Positions 21,210-30,469 are shown, counted from the first letter of the stretch. The stretch is 64,000 bases of DNA from a virus (IMGVR_UViG_2799112330_000002:96001-160000), one strand, 5' to 3'. A program made the numbers and translations. The notes: generated from the sequence alone by a model not told the origin.

Positions 21210-22526
21210 ATGTTAAAAGAAGAAATATTAACTATATTTAAACAAAAAAATATAATATCTTCAAATAATAAAAAACATTTTTGTTGGAAGAAATATTGGG
21301 ATTTGGAAGCAGAACAAATATTTAATGAGTTTAAACAAAATTATAGAACTGATAAAGAAGCATGGTTTTGTCTTTTACATAATATTGAACCATACCATTG
21401 TGAGATATGTGGTGAATTAGCAAAATTTACAGGAAATATAAAATCTAAAATTATTGGATATAATACAACATGTGAAAATCATTCTCCAAATCAAGTTAAA
21501 AATAAATTAGAAAAATTTTCACAAACAATTAGTAATCATACTGATAATGATAGAAAAAAAATATTAGAAAAACGCAAAAAAACTAATTTAGAAAAATATG
21601 GAGATGAAAACTATACTTTATTTGGATCTGATAGTTTTAAGCAAACTTTAAAAGAAAAATATGGAAATGAACATTATAATAATAGAGAAAAATTTAAAGA
21701 AACATGTTTAGAAAAATATGGAGTTACATGCAATTTATCATTAAATTCTTCAGAAAGAAATAAAAAAATATGGGATGAAAAATATGATAAAATCATTAAT
21801 AAAATTAAACAAACAAATTTAGCTAATTTAGGAGTAGAATTTATAGGACAATCTAAAGAAATAATTGATAAAATTGTTAATACTAAAAAGAATAATGTTT
21901 TAAATATAGAAAAAACTTATAATTGTACTCAACAACGAAAATTATTTCAAAAATATGGGCAGGGGTGGAAATCTTTACATTTAGATAAAATTATTATACA
22001 TGGTAGAAAATTTATATCAAATGAATATATTCCGCTAATAGAAAAATATTTTAATGAATGTCATCATACAAATCAATTTACGTCTAAAGGAGAAAAAGAA
22101 CTATTAAAATATATAAAATCAATATATTCAGGTATTGTACTAGAAAATGTTACAAATATAGTTGCAAACAATAATTATAGATATTATGAATTAGATATAT
22201 ATTTACCTGAAAAAAATATAGCATTTGAATTTAATGGTATATATTGGCATTCAATAAATTATAAAGATAAATTTTATCATCAAAGAAAAACATTATTATG
22301 TTATGCTCAAAATGTACAATTAATACATATATGGGAAAATGAATGGTTAAATAAGCAAGATCAAATAAAACAACAAATAAAAGAATTACTAAATGGTCAA
22401 GATTGTTCAAAATATAATTGGATATCTGTTAATGATTATTCTAATTATATTTTATCTGAACCAGAAGAAATACATGTAGGAAATTTAACAATATTTAATG
22501 AAGGAAAATTTATTAAAAATATATAA
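21210..22526 (+). mobile_element. Free-standing homing endonuclease (Vsr/DUF559/EDxHD-like PD-(D/E)xK C-terminal domain)
   Basis: CEICG Zn motif, repeated KxTxLEKYG units, SKGEKEL...ELDIYLPEKNIAFEFNGIYWH; more AT-rich than its neighbours; lies within nrdD. Confidence 0.8.
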
Positions 22527-22536
22527 AGTAAAATAT

Positions 22537-22675
22537 ATGAATGTAACAGATATTGAAATTACAGATTCCAAGTATAAACAATATAAAAATGCTTGGAATT
22601 ATGCTATGGATATGACTGAAAAAGAAATCCATCAAGCAGTTGAAGGAATGTATCACAACTTAAATACTTTGCAGT
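22537..22675 (+). CDS. nrdD: NrdD fragment B, exon 1
   Basis: AWNYAMDMTEKEIHQAVEGMYHNLNTLQ followed by the first base of the Ser codon. Confidence 0.85.
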
Positions 22676-23025
22676 TGAATAAAAAATTTAATATGGCTGC
22701 CTAACTATATAATACATAAATAGTTATGAAAAAATGAGCAAAATCGGTAGCAGTTGGAATTAAGTTTCCGAGAGATAAGGTTAAATAACGAATAAGCTGC
22801 AGAAGAAAACCTAAGGTCCAAACATATATTTGGATAGCTGGTAATACCGAGGTAAATTTATAGATTACGAAAGGCTATAAATCACCGTAGAGCGTAGGAA
22901 ATGAATAAATATAATTTTCCCAAGAGTGCTCATCATCTTAGTTATTAAAAGATGAAAATGTACGCCGAACTTATGGAGAAATTACATAAGAAGTTAAGAT
23001 AAAAAGCTTAGCGATAACAAATTTG
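22676..23025 (+). ncRNA. ORF-less group I intron (350 nt) in nrdD
   Basis: Removal restores CAG T|CA AGG AGT GGG AAT CAG = QSRSGNQ. The 5' exon ends in U paired to G in P1 (GCAGU/GCUGC) and the intron ends in G. P3 GAGCA/UGCUC; P7 GCGUA/UACGC within ccgtagagcgta and aaatgtacgccga. Confidence 0.92.
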
Positions 23026-23438
23026 CAAGGAGTGGGAATCAGCTCCCGTTCACCAGTATCAATTATGGAACCTGTCCATTAGAAGCTGGACGTATGGTTA
23101 CTAAAGCATTGTTAGAAGTATCTATGGAGGGATTAGGCAATAATGGAGTAACATCAATTTTTCCATGTGGAATCTTCCAATATAAGAAAGGAATTAATGA
23201 CAAACCCGGAACACCAAACTATGACTTAAAGAGACTAGCATTAAAATCAACATCAATGAGAATATATCCAAATTATTGTAACGCTGACTGGACAAATAAT
23301 GCTAATGCACTAAAACAAGACAGAAAACAAAAGCAAGAATATATTGATTCATTGTCTGAAAAAGAATACGCAAAACTAGTGGAAGTTTTAGAACAAAATC
23401 CTAATGTTGCAGAAAAACTTGGATTAGAATTAGAATAA
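23026..23438 (+). CDS. nrdD: NrdD fragment B, exon 2
   Basis: RSGNQLPFTSINYGTC...TSIFPCGIFQ...PNYDL...RIYPNY; ends LELE then TAA TGA. Confidence 0.88.
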
Positions 23439-23461
23439 TGATTAATGAATAATATTACAAT

Positions 23462-23635
23462 ATGAAAACAACAGATAAAAATTTGCATATAATAGCAAAA
23501 AGAATATCTTATAAAGTAAATGAAGAAGACATAAAGACAATTATTCCTATTATTATGCCATATAGTTTACATACAATTGGAATTATGACTTTAGGAAACT
23601 ATAATGATGACAAAAAATACAAAAGAAATATATAA
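23462..23635 (+). CDS. Small hypothetical protein (57 aa) inside nrdD gap 2
   Basis: MKTTDKNLHIIAKRISYKV... fills the gap between fragments B and C. Confidence 0.45.
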   Translation: MKTTDKNLHIIAKRISYKVNEEDIKTIIPIIMPYSLHTIGIMTLGNYNDDKKYKRNI

Positions 23636-23647
23636 AGACATAAAGAT

Positions 23648-24814
23648 ATGAAGAAAATCAAAGTTAGTTTAGAAGAACGACCTATTGAATTATTTAACAC
23701 TATGGGGTGCCGCACGGTCAATTTATTAGATATAAATGCATTAGATAATTTCAAACAAAATATACAAAATGTCATTAATGGAGAATTCAACAAGATTGAT
23801 GATGTTTTCTCCGCTATTCAGAAAGATGGACGTGGAAATATATGCCCAGTAACTATCATATTACCTACTCTTGCTGCAATGACAAGAAGAAAACTTGAAA
23901 AGAAAGAACAGTTTGACAATAAAGAACTAGTATGGGAAGAATTCATGAAGTTAGTAGACAAGAAAATACATGAAGCAAAAGACATGTTATTAGAAAGATT
24001 CAACCATATCTGTTCACAATCACCAAAGTCTGCAAGATTTATGTATGAAAATAATACAATGTCGGGGTATCATAAAAATGAAGGAATCATATCAGCATTG
24101 AAGCATGGAACACTTGTAATAGGTCAAATCGGTATGTCTGAAACTTTATATCTTTTGTTTGGATTTGATCATACTACAGAAAAGGGAATGGAATATGCAA
24201 AACAGATTGAACAACTTTGGTTAGACAGAACATCAGAATTTAAGAAAGAATATAAACTAAACTTTGGAGTCTATTATACACCAGCAGAGAATCTTTGCTT
24301 CACTTCATTCAACAAATTTAGAAAAGCATTTCCTGAATATGACTTAGAAGGTGTCACTTATTTTGTTGATTCTAATGGAGAAAAGAACTACAAAAAATAT
24401 TTCACTAATTCTATTCATGTACCAGTATATTATAATTGCGATGTATTCAATAAGATTGATATAGAAAGTCAACTCACAGGTTATTCAAACGCCGGGTGCA
24501 TCACTTATGTAGAGTTAGACAGTACATGCTATAATAATATAGATGCTATTGAAAAGATTGTTGACTATGCTATGGATAAAGACATTCCTTACTTTGCATT
24601 GAACATACCATTGAACAGATGTGCAGAATGCGGTGAGCCTATCTATGATGAAGCATTGACAGAATGTCCAAAATGTGGTTGTGACAAGATAACAAGGCTT
24701 GGACGAATAACTGGCTATCTTTCTACAACTGTGGAACATTTCAATAAAGGAAAGCAAAAAGAATTCAAAGATAGAGTTGATCATATAGGACAAAGTATAT
24801 TTAGTGATTGTTGA
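23648..24814 (+). CDS. nrdD: NrdD fragment C (finger-loop Cys, Zn ribbon, glycyl-radical loop)
   Basis: TMGCRT, DGRGNICPVTIILP, YYTPAENLC, YFTNSIHVPV, CAEC..CPKC, RITGYL. Confidence 0.92.
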   Translation: MKKIKVSLEERPIELFNTMGCRTVNLLDINALDNFKQNIQNVINGEFNKIDDVFSAIQKDGRGNICPVTIILPTLAAMTRRKLEKKEQFDNKELVWEEFMKLVDKKIHEAKDMLLERFNHICSQSPKSARFMYENNTMSGYHKNEGIISALKHGTLVIGQIGMSETLYLLFGFDHTTEKGMEYAKQIEQLWLDRTSEFKKEYKLNFGVYYTPAENLCFTSFNKFRKAFPEYDLEGVTYFVDSNGEKNYKKYFTNSIHVPVYYNCDVFNKIDIESQLTGYSNAGCITYVELDSTCYNNIDAIEKIVDYAMDKDIPYFALNIPLNRCAECGEPIYDEALTECPKCGCDKITRLGRITGYLSTTVEHFNKGKQKEFKDRVDHIGQSIFSDC

Positions 24815-24958
24815 TAGATTATGAAAAGAATTATTGGAGAAACTATCTATATGTCATATGTCTTGATTGTAAGCTTGATTGGGATTTTCTTTACATTCAA
24901 AAAATAATACATGTTTAACAGAAAGAAACTGTTTTTGAACAATTAGAAACTAAAATAA

Positions 24959-24973
24959 TTATTTTTAATTATA
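24959..24973 (+). promoter_or_regulatory. Putative late promoter motif
   Basis: TTATTTTTAATTATA. Confidence 0.55.
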
Positions 24974-25008
24974 AAATACTCAATTAATTACAAGTTTATA
25001 ATATTATT

Positions 25009-25695
25009 ATGTTAACTATTCCTATTTTCATTACGGCTAGAGGCAATGACAAGAATACGTTTGCTAAAAATAAAGAAGCATTGAAGTTTTCTTATTTGTT
25101 TATAAGGGATCAGAATCTTTTTGATCAGACGTATATCATATCGGACAACAAAGATATGCTTAACTATGCATTAAAGATAGGCTTCAAACATATAATCCAT
25201 TATCCATGTGGATCTAAGAAAGACCTTAAATATCTAGAATATTTTGCTACATATAGATTTGCTGTTGATAATGACTATAGACCTGATTGGATCATATTAT
25301 TAAATATCAATCAATTGTTTAAAGACAATTCATTATTGATAAACTGTATAAATAATATTGATGACAAATACAATGTTGTAGCATCTTATACAGAAATATC
25401 AAATAGAAGCCATTTCTTTATTAATGATGATATGGAACTTAATAAGACTGATGAGCATCTACTATCAAGTGAATATCATAGAGTACGGATGATAGATGCT
25501 GCTATATATGCAGTAAAGACAACATTTGCTTTTGAATGTATGGAATATGATGATCCTTCTGAACATTTCTGGTCAACAAAGATAAAGTATTTCAAGAATA
25601 AGTCATTGTTTACAGACATATATGAAATTGCTGACATAAACAAATATTATACAGTAGGAGATGTAATTAATGAAGTAAAGATGATTGAAGACTAA
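25009..25695 (+). CDS. NeuA/KdsB-like cytidylyltransferase family protein (divergent)
   Basis: IPIFITARG...KNK, IISDN, D.AIY..K, TDIYE..D follow the CMP-sugar synthetase layout. Confidence 0.55.
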   Translation: MLTIPIFITARGNDKNTFAKNKEALKFSYLFIRDQNLFDQTYIISDNKDMLNYALKIGFKHIIHYPCGSKKDLKYLEYFATYRFAVDNDYRPDWIILLNINQLFKDNSLLINCINNIDDKYNVVASYTEISNRSHFFINDDMELNKTDEHLLSSEYHRVRMIDAAIYAVKTTFAFECMEYDDPSEHFWSTKIKYFKNKSLFTDIYEIADINKYYTVGDVINEVKMIED

Positions 25696-25701
25696 TTATA
25701 C

Positions 25702-25739
25702 AAAAAATGGTCAACTTGTTTCTCAACAAATCAACCATT
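25702..25739. terminator. Hairpin/terminator (T-run on the minus strand)
   Basis: aaaaaatggtcaacttgtt-tctc-aacaaatcaaccatt. Confidence 0.55.
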
Positions 25740-25774
25740 GTATAAACAATTAAAATTCAAAAATTATTAACAAC

Positions 25775-25812
25775 TTACAATAATAATATAGTTTAATTAG
25801 AGAAAAATTCAA
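25775..25812 (-). promoter_or_regulatory. Early-type promoter motif (minus strand)
   Basis: Reverse complement is ttgaatttttctctaattaaactatattattattgtaa, near-identical in form to 30169..30207. Confidence 0.6.
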
Positions 25813-25816
25813 AATA

Positions 25817-25847
25817 AAAATGAGAAATTCTTAGAATTTCTCATTTT
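25817..25847 (-). terminator. Terminator of the holin-like gene
   Basis: aaaatgagaaattc-tta-gaatttctcatttt. Confidence 0.7.
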
Positions 25848-25879
25848 GTTTTTATATATGATTATTTATACTTTCTTTT

Positions 25880-26656
25880 TTATTTTGTATACTTATATCT
25901 AAGATTAAGTATTGATGTAAGTTCTGCAACTTGTATATGTAATTGGTTCAGGTTAAGATGTTCAATAGAATTCTCTTTCTTGTATTCTAGTACAAATAGA
26001 CCAACTAACATATTGTTCTTGTCATACATTCCAGTATATATGATTGTCTCACTTAAGTCTTCTTTAAGTAATGCATATAAACTTGGACTGTTTTGTTGTA
26101 GATCATCAATATTATATATTACTTGTTGGTTTTCAGCTTGTTTCAATTCATTTACTACATAAGATAAAGAGCTAATAGACAAGTTTCTGCATTTGAATTG
26201 TAATGGTGACAATCCTTTATCAAACCATTCATAGAAACAAGAATATCTTGGGAAAGGAATACCAGACAAATTTTCTCCAGAGTTATGAAAAGAAAGAACA
26301 AAAGCACGTTGAGCATTATGTATATTCATTATGTCTTTGAGCGTCATATTGATCTCTTCTGACAATTCCATTTTCTTATTAAGCATGACATTATGATTCT
26401 CTTGCCTAGATATGTCTTTCTTTATTATATAGTCTACTAATTGTTTTTGTTGATCTATAATAGTATTTGTGAGCTTGTCATTTTGCTCGGACATTTTGTT
26501 TACTAGATTTTCACCAACTTTATCTAAACCATTGGTTACATCTTTAGTGATCTTTTTTGAGATATGTTTACTTATTAAATATAAGACAATGCAGATAACA
26601 ATTCCAAGTAATCCCCACCATCCGTAAAGTTTGAAAATTTCAAAAAGTACAGTCAT
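25880..26656 (-). CDS. Holin-like membrane protein with C-terminal GAF-like domain
   Basis: One N-terminal TM helix, a coiled coil, then FHNSG..G.PF..S..YE; architecture like the T4 gp t holin. Confidence 0.5.
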   Translation of the reverse strand: MTVLFEIFKLYGWWGLLGIVICIVLYLISKHISKKITKDVTNGLDKVGENLVNKMSEQNDKLTNTIIDQQKQLVDYIIKKDISRQENHNVMLNKKMELSEEINMTLKDIMNIHNAQRAFVLSFHNSGENLSGIPFPRYSCFYEWFDKGLSPLQFKCRNLSISSLSYVVNELKQAENQQVIYNIDDLQQNSPSLYALLKEDLSETIIYTGMYDKNNMLVGLFVLEYKKENSIEHLNLNQLHIQVAELTSILNLRYKYTK

Positions 26657-26952
26657 ATTTGTAATATTCTACATATAATTAATCATTGAATGATATATAT
26701 TAAAAATAAAAATTACCTCATTGGATAATTATTATACTTACTATATATTATCCTTATTTTATTTGCCTCCGTTCATATTTTAATGTCTTGAGCTCATAAA
26801 ACATTATGATCATTATGATGATAAAACATTAAAAAAATATTATTTATCTAATTAAAAATAAAACAAAAAATGTGACTATTTTTATTATATATAATATGTT
26901 GGGAAATCTACCCTAATTGATTGTCAGCATACGTTAGATACTTACTATTTTT

Positions 26953-26967
26953 TTATTTTTAATTATA
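26953..26967 (+). promoter_or_regulatory. Putative late promoter motif
   Basis: TTATTTTTAATTATA. Confidence 0.5.
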
Positions 26968-26989
26968 TCAAATATACATATATATAGAG

Positions 26990-27481
26990 GTGAATATGCT
27001 TAGAATTGTAGACATAACTGCTCCAGACATCAATAATGGAAATGGTATTAGAGTGACCTTATGGGTTGCGGGTTGTAAACATCATTGCAAAGGCTGTCAT
27101 AATCCTTGGACATGGAACTTTGATCAGGGAAAGTCTTGGTATTATGAAAAAGAATATATAAAGAAAAAATTGTCAGAATGGCTTTCGAAAGACTATGTTG
27201 AAGGTTTGACATTATCTGGAGGAGACCCATTATGCCAAGATATAGCAGGATTGCATGAGATAGTTGAAATTATTGGTTGGGTGCGAGAAACATTCCCTAC
27301 AAAAACTATCTGGCTTTATACTGGATATGTATATGAAGATCTTACTGATCTTAAAAAAGAAATTGCTAATTCAGTTGATGTATTAGTTGATGGTCCTTAT
27401 GTAGAAGAACTAAGAGACATTGCTCATACACCATTCAGAGGAAGCACAAACCAAAGACTTATTTATATGAAAGAAAAATAA
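26990..27481 (+). CDS. nrdG: Anaerobic RNR activase (radical SAM)
   Basis: NGNGIRVTLWVAGCKHHCKGCHNP, LSGGDP, FRGSTNQR. Confidence 0.95.
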   Translation: MNMLRIVDITAPDINNGNGIRVTLWVAGCKHHCKGCHNPWTWNFDQGKSWYYEKEYIKKKLSEWLSKDYVEGLTLSGGDPLCQDIAGLHEIVEIIGWVRETFPTKTIWLYTGYVYEDLTDLKKEIANSVDVLVDGPYVEELRDIAHTPFRGSTNQRLIYMKEK

Positions 27482-27500
27482 TAATGATATATAGAGACAA

Positions 27501-27971
27501 ATGAAGAAGACAAACATATTAGTAGTATTTGACTATGGAGATACTCCTGATTCCAAATATGTACAAGAACTTAATAACGTATTGAACAAGAACAAATACA
27601 ATATCATATCAGAATATTATGCCCAATACAGTCCTAAAGAAGCTAAGACAGATATTGAAAACATTTCAAGGGAAAAGAAGATTGATATCTATGTAGGTAT
27701 TGGACTTGGTGGATATATTTTGACTTTATTAGATAATGATTTCAAGAAGATATTGATAGATCCTATATTTGATCCTGAGACAGAACTTAAAGACATTCCT
27801 GCTCATGTAATTGATTTCTATAAGAAAGACAAAATAGAAATGAAGAACAAAAACATTATAACTATGTTTATTGATAAAATCCCTAATGGATATAAAGATA
27901 TAACAGATGTGGCTAATATTCATGAAGAAGACATCTACAAGACTATAAAGAACATAATAGAAAAATCATAA
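27501..27971 (+). CDS. YqiA/UPF0227-like alpha/beta-hydrolase fold, catalytic Ser absent
   Basis: YVGIGLGGY...KILIDP resembles GxSLGG...iliNP. Confidence 0.45.
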   Translation: MKKTNILVVFDYGDTPDSKYVQELNNVLNKNKYNIISEYYAQYSPKEAKTDIENISREKKIDIYVGIGLGGYILTLLDNDFKKILIDPIFDPETELKDIPAHVIDFYKKDKIEMKNKNIITMFIDKIPNGYKDITDVANIHEEDIYKTIKNIIEKS

Positions 27972-28007
27972 AATTATTTTTAATAAAATATAAATATATA
28001 CAAGAAT

Positions 28008-28319
28008 ATGAAGAATATAACAGAAAAAATATATGAAAATCAGCATTCATTATTTGGTGAAATTCAAAATGAAATAGAAAAGAATGCAGCATATCAGTCT
28101 TTTGACTATTCAGCAGGTTCTAAAAAATATAAGAATGGATTTATGATGTATAATAAAGATCAGGAATTTGTTTCTATAGTTGCATTCAATAAATATACTG
28201 ATCTTAATGAATTATTTGGTAATGATATTGACTATAAAGCACTAGAATCATTGAAGCCTGGTGAATATAGTGATATTGATGAACATGACTCTATTTGCAA
28301 ATATATTAAGATATGGTAA
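28008..28319 (+). CDS. Hypothetical protein with capsid-targeting-like N-terminus
   Basis: MKNITEKIYE. Confidence 0.6.
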   Translation: MKNITEKIYENQHSLFGEIQNEIEKNAAYQSFDYSAGSKKYKNGFMMYNKDQEFVSIVAFNKYTDLNELFGNDIDYKALESLKPGEYSDIDEHDSICKYIKIW

Positions 28320-28327
28320 AATAGTTT

Positions 28328-29002
28328 ATGAAGAAACTAAATCAGTTTATAACAGAAAAGTTTAGACTTTCAAAAGACAATCTTAATTCTAAATATAACT
28401 ATTTCCCAGAAACAAGAGATGAACTAAGAGATTTAATTGATAAATTAATTAAAGAAAGAGGTAATGATGCAGATCTTAATGATATAGATACTTCTAAGAT
28501 TACAGATATGTCTTTTTTATTTAGTGATTCTAAGTTTAATGGAGATATATCTGAATGGGATGTAAGTAATGTTGAAAATATGGAAAGTATGTTTGATAAA
28601 TCCATTTTTAACGGAGATATATCTGGATGGGATGTTAGTAATGTTAAGTACATGGACTGGATGTTTTCTGACTCATACTTTAATGGGGATATATCTAGTT
28701 GGAACGTTACAAATGTTACTAATATGTTTGCAATGTTTTATCTGTCAAAATTTAATGAAGATATATCTAATTGGAATGTTAGTAATGTTAAAAATATGGG
28801 TAGTATGTTTGAAAACTGTATTTTTAACGGAGATATCTCTCAATGGGATGTTAGCAATGTTAAGAATATGCAAGAAATGTTTTATAATTCTAAATTCAAT
28901 GGAGACATATCTCAATGGAATGTAAGTAATGTTGAAAAAATGAATGATATATTTCGAAGTTGTCCATTAGAACAGAATCCACCCAAATGGTATAAAAAAT
29001 AA
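28328..29002 (+). CDS. DUF285/BspA-type repeat protein, paralog 1
   Basis: 22-aa repeats FNGDISxWxVSNVxxMxxMF; leader MKKLNQFITE. Confidence 0.9.
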   Translation: MKKLNQFITEKFRLSKDNLNSKYNYFPETRDELRDLIDKLIKERGNDADLNDIDTSKITDMSFLFSDSKFNGDISEWDVSNVENMESMFDKSIFNGDISGWDVSNVKYMDWMFSDSYFNGDISSWNVTNVTNMFAMFYLSKFNEDISNWNVSNVKNMGSMFENCIFNGDISQWDVSNVKNMQEMFYNSKFNGDISQWNVSNVEKMNDIFRSCPLEQNPPKWYKK

Positions 29003-29021
29003 CATAAACTAATATATATAT

Positions 29022-29696
29022 ATGAAGAAACTAAATCAGTTTATAACGGAAAAGTTTAGGCTTTCAAAAGACAATCTTAATTCTAAATATAACTATTTCC
29101 CAGAGACAAGAGATGAACTTCAAAAATTAGTAAAAAAATTGATTAAAGAAAGAGGTAATAATGCTGATCTAAATGATATAGATACTTCTGAAATTACTGA
29201 TATGTTCGGTATATTTTCTTGGGAAAAATTCAATGGAGATATATCAGAATGGAATGTAAGTAATGTTGAAAATATGAATACAATGTTCATGCATTCTAAA
29301 TTTAACGGAGATATATCTAAATGGAATGTAAGTAAAGTTGAAAACATGCATGGAATGTTTGCTGGCGCCGAATTTGATGGAGATGTTTCTAAATGGAATG
29401 TTAGTAATGTTAAATATGCTGGGTATATGTTTAGTGGTTCTAAATTCAATGGAGATATATCTAATTGGAATGTAAGCAATGTTGAAAACATGGAAGCTAT
29501 GTTTAAAGATTCTATATTTAACAGAGATATTTCTCAGTGGGATATAAGTAATGTTAAAAATATGAAAGAGATGTTTTTGGGATCTGAATTCAATCAAGAT
29601 ATATCTAATTGGAATACATCTAATGTTAAAGATATGAGATATATGTTTAATAATTCGCCATTAGCAAAAAATCCGCCCGCATGGTATAAAGAATAA
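29022..29696 (+). CDS. DUF285/BspA-type repeat protein, paralog 2
   Basis: Same length (224 aa) and identical first 33 aa to paralog 1. Confidence 0.9.
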   Translation: MKKLNQFITEKFRLSKDNLNSKYNYFPETRDELQKLVKKLIKERGNNADLNDIDTSEITDMFGIFSWEKFNGDISEWNVSNVENMNTMFMHSKFNGDISKWNVSKVENMHGMFAGAEFDGDVSKWNVSNVKYAGYMFSGSKFNGDISNWNVSNVENMEAMFKDSIFNRDISQWDISNVKNMKEMFLGSEFNQDISNWNTSNVKDMRYMFNNSPLAKNPPAWYKE

Positions 29697-29718
29697 AATC
29701 AAGAATATAATAATATAT

Positions 29719-29907
29719 ATGAAAGAAATTAATGTAATATGTGTTGAAGACTTAAGTGTCAACAGAAAAGACATAAACATTACATTTAGAAAGAATGAAG
29801 AATATTCTGCTTCAAGAATAAACAGTAAATGGTGGATAGTGGAGCAGATAGGGATAGATAATGAGACATATGAAAAATATTTTATAGAAAAAATAAGTAA
29901 TAAATAA
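29719..29907 (+). CDS. Hypothetical protein
   Basis: Short ORF in a packed operon. Confidence 0.5.
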   Translation: MKEINVICVEDLSVNRKDINITFRKNEEYSASRINSKWWIVEQIGIDNETYEKYFIEKISNK

Positions 29908-29909
29908 AA

Positions 29910-30167
29910 ATGAAGCAAATAAATGAATATCTGCAAGGAGGAAATACTTTTAAGAATGAAGTAAGATACTCTAAATCTGATTGGGAAAAATGGAAGAAAG
30001 CAACTACAGAAGATGTATTGGTTGGAAACTATGAAGATGACAAGGATCTAGAACTTGTATATATTCCTGATCATAATGACAAAAAAATTGAACATATAGG
30101 TACATATAACAAGAAAAAGGAGATTCTATGGTGTGATGACATAGCTTTCTTTGGACATGAAGTATAG
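29910..30167 (+). CDS. Hypothetical protein with capsid-targeting-like N-terminus
   Basis: MKQINEYL. Confidence 0.55.
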   Translation: MKQINEYLQGGNTFKNEVRYSKSDWEKWKKATTEDVLVGNYEDDKDLELVYIPDHNDKKIEHIGTYNKKKEILWCDDIAFFGHEV

Positions 30168-30168
30168 A

Positions 30169-30207
30169 TTGAATTTTTTGAAATAATTTACTATATTATT
30201 ATTGTAA
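30169..30207 (+). promoter_or_regulatory. Early-type promoter TTGAATTTT-N-ACTATATTATTATTGTAA
   Basis: Recurring intergenic motif upstream of small non-structural genes. Confidence 0.6.
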
Positions 30208-30244
30208 ATATTTTATTGTAAATAACATTAAATATCTGTAAGTC

Positions 30245-30469
30245 ATGGAAAAGTATTTTGTAGTTTGGTTCACAGTTAATGCAAAGAATCCCTATCACAC
30301 TGAGGAACAGGAGACTATCTATAATGAAGACCACTTCAATACAAGAAATGAAGCTCATAAGCTCATCAATAATACAACTATTGACTATGAAGAGGCAATG
30401 GTCTATCAAGTTAAAAAATATGACAACAGAACCATTTATAAACAAGTAGATGTATTTTGTAAAGTATAA
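30245..30469 (+). CDS. Hypothetical protein
   Basis: ORF downstream of the early-type motif. Confidence 0.55.
   Translation: MEKYFVVWFTVNAKNPYHTEEQETIYNEDHFNTRNEAHKLINNTTIDYEEAMVYQVKKYDNRTIYKQVDVFCKV

Noticed and set aside
22676-22704. C-terminal LNKKFNMAA of ORF 22498..22704 and the 23094 start as real protein ends
   Set aside because: Both are artefacts of reading into and out of the group I intron.
20690-23660. Split inteins or additional introns at the nrdD A/B and B/C breaks
   Set aside because: No Cys/Ser-starting intein N-block or His-Asn-Cys/Ser C-block is present, and no P7/P3-like core is visible in either gap, which are filled by ordinary small ORFs. Ribosomal bypassing is not supported by an obvious matched codon plus hairpin, though it is not formally excluded.
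28328-29696. Diversity-generating retroelement TR/VR pair or CRISPR array
   Set aside because: The repeats are 66-nt coding units in two intact genes, differences are not confined to adenines, and there is no reverse transcriptase or spacer structure in the window.
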